A stretch of DNA of 64,000 bases from Promethearchaeota archaeon (GTDB taxonomy: Archaea; Asgardarchaeota; Lokiarchaeia; Sigyniarchaeales; SOKP01). The notes beneath the pieces are model-generated. The model made no database searches. It worked only from the letters and a program-made list of their open reading frames with translations, and was not told the origin of the DNA. A program made the translations under genes and the position numbers. Below are positions 20,281 to 30,287 of this stretch, piece by piece; position 1 is the stretch's first letter; the number at the start of each line of letters is the position of its first letter. The DNA is taken from the NCBI GenBank assembly GCA_016839765.1, contig JAEOTP010000016.1, forward strand, positions 32,001 through 96,000, read 5' to 3'.

Positions 20281-21618
20281 ATGACTGAATTTGAAGATAT
20301 AAGAGATACTGAAAGTAGTAAAAAAAAATATTTGATTTTTGCCTCACCTAGATTTGGAGTAAATATTACTGCAACTATAGTAGATTTTGCTTTACTCACT
20401 CTTTATAGTATTGGCTTTAACTTACCAGCTTGGCAAGTTTTATTGGCTACTGCTATAGGAAAGTTGAGTATTGCTGCTTCTCAATTTCTTTTAGGTTGGA
20501 TAAGTGATGCTAAATATACTCGATGGGGAAGGAGAAAACCATATATACTAGTTTTTAGTCCACTTTTCGGTATTTCATTCATATTTCTACTATTACCCAA
20601 CTTATTCATTGATAGTTCTGATTTAATCAGTTTGTTTATATGGTTTTTAATATGGAACATAGCTTATCAAGTTAGTTATGGAGTAACATCACCTTACGAA
20701 TCATGGGTGGCTGAACAATTCAATTTATCAGAGCGGCCGACGGTCTCTCAGTATATGAACATTTTTAACTACATTGGGGTGGGTATTGCAACTGTTTTTA
20801 CCTTTACTCTCTTAAAGTCTTTTAAGGATCAAATTGAATCTAATCCTGATATTGTTCCCACCGAATTCTTAATCACAATTTTATCTTTTGGTGCGATTTT
20901 GATAATCCTCTTTTACCTCATCGTCTTTTTCTTCCCAACTGAACCACATTATGAAATTAAATCATCATTAATGGAAAATTTAAAAGAGATAGTAAAAAAT
21001 AAAAATTATATAATGGTAAACTTAATGCAAGGGATAGCTAGTATTGGAATTGCCATTGTTGCTCCTACTATCCTGGCATTTATAGAGGCAATCTTAGATT
21101 TTGATACAACGGAATATATAATTGGCGCTGCAGTTTTAGTCTTAAGTATTTTGATTTTTCTTTACATATGGAAAAAACAGATAGAAAAGAGAGGTAAGAA
21201 AAAAACCCTCTTGATTATTTTTCTTTGTGCTGCTGTAATTTTGCCTTTTTCGTTAGTAGGCCTTATTCCAATGCAAAATACTTTAATATATGGCATATTA
21301 TTCTTAATTGGGATCGCACTCTCTCTTGGTGGCTGGTATCTTTTTCCTTATATTATGTATGCTGATTTAGCAGAAGATAGTGAAAAAAAAACCGGTGAAT
21401 TAAAAGCAGGAATATATAAAGGATTCTCAAGTATTTTATTAAATATTTTTCAAGCATTAGGTTTAGGACTTTCAGCAGGAATAACTTATCTAATAGGTGA
21501 TGACTTATTTTATGTATGGTGGGGTCCTCTTGTCGCTCTTATCCTACTATTTTCTTACTTTTTTACGAAAAAGTATATTACTCTAGACTTCGAATGGGAA
21601 GAAAAACAAAGAAAATAA
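20281..21618 (+). CDS. MFS transporter, GPH (MelB-like) family
   Basis: GWISDAKYTRWGRRKPY motif, ~12 TM segments, MYADLAED...AGIY. Confidence 0.88.
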   Translation: MTEFEDIRDTESSKKKYLIFASPRFGVNITATIVDFALLTLYSIGFNLPAWQVLLATAIGKLSIAASQFLLGWISDAKYTRWGRRKPYILVFSPLFGISFIFLLLPNLFIDSSDLISLFIWFLIWNIAYQVSYGVTSPYESWVAEQFNLSERPTVSQYMNIFNYIGVGIATVFTFTLLKSFKDQIESNPDIVPTEFLITILSFGAILIILFYLIVFFFPTEPHYEIKSSLMENLKEIVKNKNYIMVNLMQGIASIGIAIVAPTILAFIEAILDFDTTEYIIGAAVLVLSILIFLYIWKKQIEKRGKKKTLLIIFLCAAVILPFSLVGLIPMQNTLIYGILFLIGIALSLGGWYLFPYIMYADLAEDSEKKTGELKAGIYKGFSSILLNIFQALGLGLSAGITYLIGDDLFYVWWGPLVALILLFSYFFTKKYITLDFEWEEKQRK

Positions 21619-21711
21619 TAAATCTTTTTTTTTAATTTTTATTTAAGTTAATGATATCTTCTATCTTTAAGCTCTTTGAAACAGCTATTAGATAAAAAAT
21701 AAGATGATCAA

Positions 21712-23292
21712 TTAAATTTTAACGGTGATTTTTGTCGGTTTTTGTTTTTTTCTAGTATAAATGATATTTTCGATTTTTTTATCAGATTTTTTAGGTATGA
21801 ATATTGTATCGGGTATTCCGTGTTCCATAAATTCTTTTAATTCATCAGAAATTATCGATTTACTCATTCCCATTGAATGAAGCATATCATTTCCGCTTTT
21901 AATCACAGTTTTAGCAAAGCGTGGTATATTTCGGCCCATCCAATTAAATTTACCAAAAGGATTAGTATATCTTTTTATGAGCATTTGAAGCCAACCCTTA
22001 CTAAGATAATATGCAGAATATGCTTCGCCTACTAAGTTATACATTTCATTAGTTGTTAATTGTTCTGTACGCATCATTGGATGAAATAAATCATAATACC
22101 TATAATCCTTAGTTGTAACCATTTTTTTTTCCGACATTTCATTGTAGAACTCCGTTCCTGGAAATGCTGTAATGGGAGTAAATTGAATACAGGTTAGATT
22201 AAGGGATCTTGCAAATTGAATATTTTGTCTTACCATCGTTTTAGTTTCACCTGGAAATCCAATAATAACACCTCCAAATATTGAAATTCCCTGGTCTTGA
22301 AGCATAGATACAACATTTTTAATCATTTCAGGAGTAGTATTTTGTTTATTCATCGCATCAAGGCTTTGTTGGTGAACTGATTCAATCCCTAGAAAAACTT
22401 GTCTCATGCCCGCCTTAGCCATTAAATCAACTAACCAAGGATTTCGATATAATGAATCAACTCGGGACTGGCAGGAAAAAAACATTTTATTTGGGACTCC
22501 CGAACGAATCATAGTTTCGAGTATTTTTTTTGTCCGTTTTATTTTAATAGTAAAATTATCTTCACAGAAAAAGATAAAATCGTTTTTCCAATTAATATCA
22601 TAAATTTCTCGCATGATTCTTTTAGTTGATTTTGTTCTATAAGTTACAGATTTATTTGAATTCCTCCACATTTTAATAATGCAACAGAATTTACAATTAT
22701 GAGGACAACCACGTGAAGTTTCAAGTTGAGCTACTCTTGCACCTAAATAAATATATTTTGCATCATCTAATAAATCTCTTCGAGGCATTGGAAAGTTATC
22801 TAAATTACTTTCTAATTGACGCTCTTTATTATGTTTTACTATTCCATCTTTATCCTTATATGATAAACCATCAATTTGATTTAATAAAATATTATTTCGA
22901 TTACCGTCAAGATAATCAATTACTTCTTTAAAAGTATGTTCTCCCTCACCCCGAATGGTGAAATCTACGTCCTTATGCCGTGCTACAAATTTGGGTGCCA
23001 AAGTAGGATGATATCCGCCTAATATTGTATGACAACCTTGTTCTTTAGCCATTTGTGCGACCTCAAATGCGTGATATATTTGAGGTGTCATACTTGTAAT
23101 AGCTACTACATCATATCGGTTTAAATCACTGCGAAATCTCTTTTCATGATATTTATCCACTTTAAAATCAAATAATTTTGCATCATGTTCAGGAACCATT
23201 GCAGCGATGGAAATAAGGCTTAAAGGTGCACCCTTAATAATAGCATCCAACCCTGATTCCAATCGAGCAGGATTAACGTAAAGAATTTTCAT
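21712..23292 (-). CDS. B12-binding radical SAM protein
   Basis: N-terminal cobalamin-binding domain (GGYHPT, RGEGE); SRGCPHNCKFC; GIES; IGFPGET. Confidence 0.92.
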   Translation of the reverse strand: MKILYVNPARLESGLDAIIKGAPLSLISIAAMVPEHDAKLFDFKVDKYHEKRFRSDLNRYDVVAITSMTPQIYHAFEVAQMAKEQGCHTILGGYHPTLAPKFVARHKDVDFTIRGEGEHTFKEVIDYLDGNRNNILLNQIDGLSYKDKDGIVKHNKERQLESNLDNFPMPRRDLLDDAKYIYLGARVAQLETSRGCPHNCKFCCIIKMWRNSNKSVTYRTKSTKRIMREIYDINWKNDFIFFCEDNFTIKIKRTKKILETMIRSGVPNKMFFSCQSRVDSLYRNPWLVDLMAKAGMRQVFLGIESVHQQSLDAMNKQNTTPEMIKNVVSMLQDQGISIFGGVIIGFPGETKTMVRQNIQFARSLNLTCIQFTPITAFPGTEFYNEMSEKKMVTTKDYRYYDLFHPMMRTEQLTTNEMYNLVGEAYSAYYLSKGWLQMLIKRYTNPFGKFNWMGRNIPRFAKTVIKSGNDMLHSMGMSKSIISDELKEFMEHGIPDTIFIPKKSDKKIENIIYTRKKQKPTKITVKI

Positions 23293-23591
23293 TTTTTTTT
23301 AACTTTTTATGTTGTTATTTTTTGTTAAATTAACTCTTTTCACTCATTAGGAGAAAATTTAAAACATAAAATTAATTAATTACTATTATAAAATAAATGA
23401 TCCTTAAAATAATTGTTGAATCTACATAATTGTTGTTGATTCTATATAGAAGTTTTGTGACAAAACGTCTTAATACTACTTTTTTGAGCTTCTATCAATA
23501 TCCTACTGTAAAGTATTTCAAATTAATTTTATAGACAAAAATATAAAAATCAAATTGACTTACTTTCTTGTAAACTTTGTGAGATGATGAT

Positions 23592-24023
23592 ATACCTAAT
23601 ATAGAAAGAAAAATTGATGTTAATGCTCCACCTAACATAATTTATGATTGTTTGACAGATATCTCCCTAATTCCTAAATGGAATTCTACCGTAAAAGAAA
23701 TCACTCAAACTGGACCAAATGAAGGATCTATCAAATCAACTAGTGGAGATTATACGTTTACTATTATAGAACGAAAAGAAAATGAAATCCTCACAAGTAC
23801 AGCAGAAAGCGAGTATTTTACCTCATATGGATATGTTTTAAAGGCGAAGGGTGACTTGACAGAAGTATCTGCATGGATTAATTATAAAATCGTAGAACAT
23901 GAAGAAATATTAGGAAGAAGTATACTATTCATTTTAAATGACTTAAAGGAGTTTGCTGAATACCTTGAAGATGGTGGAGATCCAGATGAATATGATAAAA
24001 AGAAAATATTAGTAAGCCATTAA
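23592..24023 (+). CDS. SRPBCC/START-fold protein (probable ATA start)
   Basis: In-frame extension IPNIERKIDVNAPPNIIYD aligns with the N-terminus of paralog 46997..47428. In-frame TGA at 23580-23582. Shared C-terminus (Y)LExGGxPDxY. Confidence 0.75.
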   Translation: MPNIERKIDVNAPPNIIYDCLTDISLIPKWNSTVKEITQTGPNEGSIKSTSGDYTFTIIERKENEILTSTAESEYFTSYGYVLKAKGDLTEVSAWINYKIVEHEEILGRSILFILNDLKEFAEYLEDGGDPDEYDKKKILVSH

Positions 24024-24033
24024 TTTCGCCCTC

Positions 24034-24471
24034 TTGTTTGAAAATTATATTAACAAATATATTTATTTGCACTTTTCTTATCTAGATATATTGAGATATC
24101 ATCCAGAAACCGTCGAGAAATTTTTATTTAGTTTGCAAAATACAAATTCAGCAATTAAGGGAGTCATTTTGCTTTCTGTCGAAGGTTTACCAATTGCATC
24201 TACTCTATCTAAAAATATTAATAAAAGTCAGTTATCTGCTCTTTCTGCTACAATATTAGCAGTAGGAAAGAAAGGAAATACTGAAATGGCTAATGGAGAA
24301 TTCAATCATTTATATATTAAAGGATCTAAAGGGGGTGTTTTGGTTTTTCAATTAAGTAAATTTGAGGTAATTGTCGTACTTACGAAAGAAAATGTTAACC
24401 TAAAAACGCTCCTAAAAAGTGTAAGTAACTTTCAATATGAGGGGCATACTTTATTTCGTCTTGAACATTAA
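24034..24471 (+). CDS. Roadblock/LC7 domain protein
   Basis: IKGVILLSVEGLPIAS...LSALSATIL...LYIKGSKG; true start may be TTG 24091. Confidence 0.85.
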   Translation: MFENYINKYIYLHFSYLDILRYHPETVEKFLFSLQNTNSAIKGVILLSVEGLPIASTLSKNINKSQLSALSATILAVGKKGNTEMANGEFNHLYIKGSKGGVLVFQLSKFEVIVVLTKENVNLKTLLKSVSNFQYEGHTLFRLEH

Positions 24472-24571
24472 GATAGAGGGAGTAAATTTAAAATTAAAAA
24501 AAAACATAACAAAATTCAAAATTAAAAAAAAATAATGAATTAAATTTAAGATATTTTGTTTCCTATTTACT

Positions 24572-24781
24572 TTAGAAGTATTTAATGGCTAAAAGGATGT
24601 CGTCTCGAGTTACTTTCTTTCTTTTTGAATGCTTTGTTAAACTCAAGGCAGATTTAGTTATTTTTTCAGCTGCCATACCCATCCAATCAACTAGTTCATC
24701 CACTGCGTCACGGGCAACAATTATTGCGCCATTATGTTTCATTAATCTTCTAATAGGACTCCAACTAATATATTCAGACAT
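24572..24781 (-). CDS. Archaeal histone (HMf-like)
   Basis: SPIRRLMK...VARDA...HSKRKKVTRDDILLA histone-fold pattern; GGAGG RBS. Confidence 0.9.
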   Translation of the reverse strand: MSEYISWSPIRRLMKHNGAIIVARDAVDELVDWMGMAAEKITKSALSLTKHSKRKKVTRDDILLAIKYF

Positions 24782-25220
24782 TTTCTATTCCTCCACTTTT
24801 TTATTATTATATTGATATTTTTATTGATTTTTGTTATTATTTAATGGTTAGTTAAATAGTAATATATCTTCTATATATTTAAAGATTTTGATGCATACAT
24901 GATTTTATGAGGAATAAAATGAAAAAAATATCACGACAAAATTCAGAAATGGTAAAAAGATCAATCTCGTAAAAGTTAGATTTTTTTTATGGAAATTAGA
25001 GTTTCGTTAAATATTAAAATTATAAGATATAGTAAGATGTCTATTTTCTTCCTCTTTCACTAAACCATGTTTATCTTAAGAAAGATAAAAAATTTGATCA
25101 AATTCTGAGATGCTCAATTAAGAATTTTTGTGTTTTCAATAAGTTAGTAAGTTTCAATTTATATGGAAAAATTGAGGCGAATTAATCAAGTTAATTAAGA
25201 TTATCCATGAGTTTTAGGAT

Positions 25221-25586
25221 TTGATTGATATGAGGAAAGAAATCAAAAAAGATTTTATTAATCTCGATTTTTATGAAGGTTTAAGGGCTTATTTTAGCAG
25301 CGCTTATACATTTGATCAATGGGGATCGACTTGGCAATACGATCAATTGCTTTTTGTTGATGGATATGTAATTTCATCCGATTTATATTATGATTGGACT
25401 TTCAATGACAAATTAATAACTCGTGTATTATAGGTTGCTCACTGGGATGATGTTCCTGATAGAATTTATCAGTATCTCCTAGAATTGGAGGTGTCTGGAG
25501 TAATATCCTACGGAAATTTCTTTTTAGTGTTTGCAGGGATTACAATTATCTCATTAATTTATGTCTATAAAAAGAAAGAGGTTTAA
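25221..25586 (+). pseudogene. Fragment of a surface-protein gene with in-frame TAG and intact C-terminal membrane anchor
   Basis: After TAG 25431-25433 the frame continues for 50 codons, ending ISYGNFFLVFAGITIISLIYVYKKKEV*. No signal peptide is visible. Confidence 0.55.
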
Positions 25587-25667
25587 AGTTAAATTAATTC
25601 TCTTTCTTAAATTTTTTTTTCGTAAGCTCTGAAGATAAGATTATAAAAATAACAAATTCTTAAAAAA

Positions 25668-26660
25668 CTAAGACCATATTATTTTTTCATATTTGCATTT
25701 AGTACATTCTACGGATTCCCCTTTTTTTGGAAAAAAAGGTAAGACGGTTCCACAATAATTGCATTCTAAATCATAAATTTGGTCTAAAGTTTCTATTATA
25801 TTTTCAATTACTAATCGATTTGAGAATTCAGTTACGAAATTTGTTAAAATAGAAATAATTATATGAGGATTTTGGGAAGCTACCAACACCTCGATCTTAT
25901 TAGATTTAAGTTGTCCAATTACTAATAGATCAGCCCCTGAAACTAACTCTGTTCCGAAATACCAAGCAATTCTTTTCTCATTATCTTTAATAATTAGTTG
26001 AAAGTTGTGATCTTCAATTGTTTGGTTAAGTTGATAAAATAAATAATCGAAATCATGAATGTTTTCGATACCAATTCCAAAACTCTTAATGCCCCGCTTT
26101 ATATCTGTTAATTGAAGAAAGCTCCGTACTTCAGAGCTAGGTAAAATTTTTCTTTCGACAGAGATTGGATCAAATTTTATTGTAACGGGGTCTGAGTCAA
26201 GAGCTCGTACAAAATCTGCATTATTTATGAAAGTAACGTATGATCTAATTTCGCCATTTTCTTCTAATAACAATGGAGTAAAAAAATTATTTATTTGCTT
26301 TTGGGAATTTTCATCTAATTTTTCAAACTCAATTCGAATCTGCTTTTCATTTTCTTCAATTAAATCAGAATCTATAATAACCTTTGGTGGGTTACTCCTA
26401 TTTAGTTGTAAAAAGTCGGGATATCTTATTCTAATTTTAATTTCTGTAATAGGAGCCATACTTTGGTTGATAATAAGGAGTGAATAAAGGTAATTTCCTC
26501 CAAAAGGTTCTAGCTTACATACTAATTTTATCTTATTCTCTTGATCTATATATTCTAATGATACTACTTCTTGTTTTTGAGTTTGTTGTGATTTAACATC
26601 TCTAAATACGACTAATCCTTGAATGTCTTTTGGATTGTTATCATCAGGGTTATTTTTCAT
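25668..26660 (-). CDS. Beta-sandwich + platform (adaptin-appendage-like) protein with C-terminal zinc ribbon
   Basis: Ig-like pattern (LLIINQSMAPITEIKIRI...FEKLDENSQKQINNFFTP), then an alpha/beta region, then CNYC...CTKC. Confidence 0.5.
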   Translation of the reverse strand: MKNNPDDNNPKDIQGLVVFRDVKSQQTQKQEVVSLEYIDQENKIKLVCKLEPFGGNYLYSLLIINQSMAPITEIKIRIRYPDFLQLNRSNPPKVIIDSDLIEENEKQIRIEFEKLDENSQKQINNFFTPLLLEENGEIRSYVTFINNADFVRALDSDPVTIKFDPISVERKILPSSEVRSFLQLTDIKRGIKSFGIGIENIHDFDYLFYQLNQTIEDHNFQLIIKDNEKRIAWYFGTELVSGADLLVIGQLKSNKIEVLVASQNPHIIISILTNFVTEFSNRLVIENIIETLDQIYDLECNYCGTVLPFFPKKGESVECTKCKYEKIIWS

Positions 26661-26786
26661 GGCACTATTAGTATATAACCGACATAAAGAATTTCTATCG
26701 TTATTATTAAAAAAGAATATTCTTCCTTTTATTTTTTTTGACCTTATATTTTTTTTATATATGGATTCTAAATATATATAAAGGTT

Positions 26787-27482
26787 ATGAAAGATTTTGA
26801 AGAATTAGATCCTCTCTTTGAGAGCAAAACAATTAAACCTTCTTTCGATTATGTTCATGTTATTTTAGCTATATTATTATTTGGAGATAACCCTGAAGGT
26901 TTGGGAAGATATCGTCTAAAAGAAGAATTAATAATAGGAGGAGGTACAGCAAAATCTCTTGTTAAAAAATTAAAGGAAGAGGGCGGTTTTATAGAAGTTC
27001 ATGTTAAGAATAGTAATAATAAGCAACAAATAAAGTCAAAAGGACATGTGTTGACTGAAAGGGGTCTACAGATTCTAATGAAAATTAAAAATAAAATCCC
27101 CTTATTAGATGAAGGAGATGTTTCTAGTTTAAAAAATTTCATAATCAATTCTGAGATTTCAAAATTATATTATTGTTTGGTTAGAGGTGCTGCTGATCGT
27201 TTAAAAAGTGGTGTTGAACAAAGAGATGCCGCAATTAGATTAGGGGGATTAGGAGCTACTTGCCTTATTTATAATGGAAATGAATTATTATTTCCCTCGT
27301 TTTCCTCAGGACAGGAAAATTATGGAGTAAAAATAAACGATAAAGTTCAATTATACTTCAAAACAAAATTAGTTAATGTAAATATATCTTTTGAAAGAGG
27401 AGATGTTATTATTATAGGATCTGGTGTTAATATAAGAAAAGCAAGGTTAGCGGCTTTGAATGCTGCACTAACTTTATTATAA
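26787..27482 (+). CDS. Archaeal winged-helix protein (DUF4443-like)
   Basis: GLGRYRLKEELIIGGGTAKSL HTH; GVEQRDAAIRLGGLGATCL. Confidence 0.7.
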   Translation: MKDFEELDPLFESKTIKPSFDYVHVILAILLFGDNPEGLGRYRLKEELIIGGGTAKSLVKKLKEEGGFIEVHVKNSNNKQQIKSKGHVLTERGLQILMKIKNKIPLLDEGDVSSLKNFIINSEISKLYYCLVRGAADRLKSGVEQRDAAIRLGGLGATCLIYNGNELLFPSFSSGQENYGVKINDKVQLYFKTKLVNVNISFERGDVIIIGSGVNIRKARLAALNAALTLL

Positions 27483-27487
27483 AGAGG

Positions 27488-27997
27488 GTGCTATATATTA
27501 GAAACTTAAAATTTGAGAAAGATATAAAACTTTTCATCAATCAAGATATTTATAAAAAGATAGAACAATGTGTTGATAAAGCTTATCCTAACGAGGCATG
27601 TGGTCTAATTTATGGAAAAATTGAAGAAATCAAGAAAATCAATTTCGAAAATGATTATTCTTATTATTATTATACTAAAAAATTTGAGTGTATAGAATCC
27701 TCATTTGAAAGTCCTGTAGCTTTTCTAATGGATGATTATCTCAAATTAAAAGAAATATCTGAAAAATTTTTAAAAAACTTCAATTTACAATTAATAAGTA
27801 TCTTTCATTCTCATCCAGGTGGAGCTTATCCAAGTGGCGTTGATATACCATATATGAGAAGTTACTATGAAGGTAAAATTATAAAATTTAAACATATTAT
27901 TTGGACAATAATGGATGCTCAAAACAAAGTATTAAATGGTTTTATCTATATTTTTGATGAACTTAGACAAATTAATATAGATTTTCTTAAGAAGTAG
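27488..27997 (+). CDS. JAMM/MPN+ metalloprotease
   Basis: PNEACGL and FHSHPGGAYPSGVD fit E-x-HxH-x7-S-x2-D closely. Confidence 0.9.
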   Translation: MLYIRNLKFEKDIKLFINQDIYKKIEQCVDKAYPNEACGLIYGKIEEIKKINFENDYSYYYYTKKFECIESSFESPVAFLMDDYLKLKEISEKFLKNFNLQLISIFHSHPGGAYPSGVDIPYMRSYYEGKIIKFKHIIWTIMDAQNKVLNGFIYIFDELRQINIDFLKK

Positions 27998-28011
27998 TTA
28001 TTTAAAAAAAA

Positions 28012-28653
28012 TCATTGAATTTGTTTATAACCATCTTTAGTAATAATACATAATTGAATTTTAAATCCAGATGCAGCGTCTCTTTCACGAGAGCTAGAAA
28101 TAGCTGTTTTCACTAATTCAATTCCTACATTTGAAGTCATACCAGGCTTCCAATCAGCTTCTAATACACCTAAGGAGAAAGGTCCTCCAGACCCAAAAGC
28201 TATAAAATTTTCTTCTTCATAAAGGGTGCCTAACAAGTCAACTCCATAAAGTTTACCCTTCTTCTCTTTTACTGAGTAACCCCCAATTATCATCATAGCG
28301 AGATAATATGATCTGCCACTGAATAAAATGTTTCTTGTAACGCTAGCAATATGCTTAGGCTCAGGAACTTTTTCCTCTTCAACTTCTTTTAATTTAGATA
28401 ATGCTGTGAGTTGATTAACTATATACTGGCAATCCGCTACCCCTCCAGAAATAGTTGCACATGTATAATCATTTATCTTAAAAAGTTTCTGAGCTTGTTT
28501 TGTAGCAACAGTATATCCTGCAGTAGCTTGAGATTCCGTTCCTACTACGATACCATCCTTTACGATTATTCCAACCGTTGTAGTACTTGATTTAATGATT
28601 TTTTCTAAAGAATTTTTATCTAAATTTAATTTTTTTGCAATATTTTCCATCAT
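28012..28653 (-). CDS. psmB: Proteasome subunit beta
   Basis: Propeptide then TTTVGI; Glu17, Lys33, GSG, RDAASG. Confidence 0.93.
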   Translation of the reverse strand: MMENIAKKLNLDKNSLEKIIKSSTTTVGIIVKDGIVVGTESQATAGYTVATKQAQKLFKINDYTCATISGGVADCQYIVNQLTALSKLKEVEEEKVPEPKHIASVTRNILFSGRSYYLAMMIIGGYSVKEKKGKLYGVDLLGTLYEEENFIAFGSGGPFSLGVLEADWKPGMTSNVGIELVKTAISSSRERDAASGFKIQLCIITKDGYKQIQ

Positions 28654-28817
28654 TTTTCTATTATACTTTAAATTACTTTTCTGATAAACTAATTGTTATA
28701 ATGAATAAATTAATTTTTAGTATATTTATTTTACTTTTACAGATTATAAACATTTAAATACAAAAATTTTAAAGAAATCATTACCTTTACTACTTACTAA
28801 TTTAATGATGGTATGTC

Positions 28818-29195
28818 ATGGCTCGTTCTCAAGCAAGATCAAAAAGAAAATACACAGGAAAAAAATATAAACACTTTAGAAAGAAGAGAAAAAGAGAATT
28901 AGAACGCCCTCCCATAGAAACCAGAGTAGGAGAAGAAAAGAAGAAAAAGCAGAGAGTATTGGGAGGAAATCAAAAGCTTAAATTATTTTCATCTCTATAC
29001 TTGAATGTTACAGATCCTAATAGCAATCAAACTTCCAAGGTGAGAATTTTAAGATTTGATAGTAATGACGCTTCTAAGGATTATAACCGAAGACACATTT
29101 TAACTAAAGGTGCGATTGTTGAAACAGAGCTAGGAAAAGCAAAAGTAACATCTAGACCCGGACAGCACGGAGTTTTAAATGGTGTTTTAATCTAA
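28818..29195 (+). CDS. rps8e: 30S ribosomal protein S8e
   Basis: RKKRKRELER, RVLGGN, LTKGAIVETELGKAKVTSRPGQHGVLNGVL. Confidence 0.97.
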   Translation: MARSQARSKRKYTGKKYKHFRKKRKRELERPPIETRVGEEKKKKQRVLGGNQKLKLFSSLYLNVTDPNSNQTSKVRILRFDSNDASKDYNRRHILTKGAIVETELGKAKVTSRPGQHGVLNGVLI

Positions 29196-29567
29196 TTATT
29201 CTTGAATCTTTATATTTTTAACATTTGCTTTCTTACCTTCAACTATTTCTGTGTTTTTACTCTCACAAAACTTACATTGAAATAATTGAAGTCCAGTTAA
29301 TTGAGCTTCTTCACTTAAAGTTACTGTTGATACTTTTCCACATTCCCTACATTTTATTTTACCAGGTACGATCTCAATTTTTAATTCTGCTCCCTCTGCA
29401 ATTGAGCCAGAAGTTGCCATCTTAAATGATTGGCGTAGAAGTTGGGGAACAATTAAAGTTAATTCACCAACTTCTAAATATACTTCAGTAATTTTTTGAG
29501 CATTATATTTTAGAGCAGTAGCTTCTGCTATTTTAAAAATATCATAGGCAAAGGCAAATTCATGCAT
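29196..29567 (-). CDS. hypA: Hydrogenase nickel metallochaperone HypA
   Basis: MHE start, VGEL, CRECG and CKFC zinc motifs. Confidence 0.93.
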   Translation of the reverse strand: MHEFAFAYDIFKIAEATALKYNAQKITEVYLEVGELTLIVPQLLRQSFKMATSGSIAEGAELKIEIVPGKIKCRECGKVSTVTLSEEAQLTGLQLFQCKFCESKNTEIVEGKKANVKNIKIQE

Positions 29568-29576
29568 AATAACGAT

Positions 29577-29873
29577 TTATCTCTTGGATTGTGTCTTTTT
29601 TAATTCCTTTGCTAATTCAATTAATACTTTAGATTTTTTCTTTCCTTTAGTATCTACTAAGATTCTTCCTGGTTCATCCCACCAAGTTCTCGAATATTTA
29701 TAATTCTTTTCATGTTGAACATTATACCCTAAACGCTTAGCAGCATTGTAAAGATCATTTGAATGTATTTTTTCTACGGCAAATTTTCTAGGAATACGCC
29801 TACCCTCTGCTCTACTCCTCTTTAAATCAAAATATTGAGGCCAGAAGATAATAAAAGGTTTCCGAGAGCGCAT
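29577..29873 (-). CDS. srp19: Signal recognition particle 19 kDa protein
   Basis: IIFWPQYFDLKRSRAEGRRIPRKFAV...YSRTWW..GRILV. Confidence 0.95.
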   Translation of the reverse strand: MRSRKPFIIFWPQYFDLKRSRAEGRRIPRKFAVEKIHSNDLYNAAKRLGYNVQHEKNYKYSRTWWDEPGRILVDTKGKKKSKVLIELAKELKKTQSKR

Positions 29874-30059
29874 GAAATTATCAAGGTTTTCTATTTTTAA
29901 AAATTATAAGTTTAAAAACCCTCTAAAGAATTTAAAAATTATTAGTACATTGTATAAGGATAATTAAAAATAAATAGAATTTAAGATTTTTAAGTATACA
30001 AAACTAAGATAACGCTATTCCAAGTTCTAAACTCTGAAACTGACATCCCTTTTTTGAAT

Positions 30060-30163
30060 GGGAGGGTGGTCTAGCTTGGTATGATACATTAGCTTGGTTC
30101 TTTCAAACTAAATCTAATCGGCTGGGGGCCGAGTGGTCGGGGGTTCAATTCCCCCCTCTCCCA
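30060..30163 (+). tRNA. tRNA-Pro(GGG) with 30-nt intron at non-canonical position 27/28 (intron 30088-30117)
   Basis: Acceptor GGGAGGG/CTCTCCC+A; T-arm GGGGG-TTCAATT-CCCCC. Removing the intron gives anticodon arm CTCGG-CTGGGGG-CCGAG. Confidence 0.88.
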
Positions 30164-30287
30164 TCAACTTTTTTTAAAATATTTTTCTATAAATAACAAT
30201 TATTAAATTATCGATTGGTGTAACTTTTTAAGTATCATTATGTTATTTTTTAATTAAAAACCATTTTTATAAGAGAGTGATTCTAAC

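Noticed and set aside
23413-23448. Imperfect 16-bp direct repeat TTGTTGA(A/T)TCTA(C/T)ATA
   Set aside because: Only two copies 20 bp apart; not CRISPR-like and weak evidence for a binding site.
24919-24972. 17-codon ORF with GAGG upstream, divergent from the histone gene
   Set aside because: Too short, with no supporting features.
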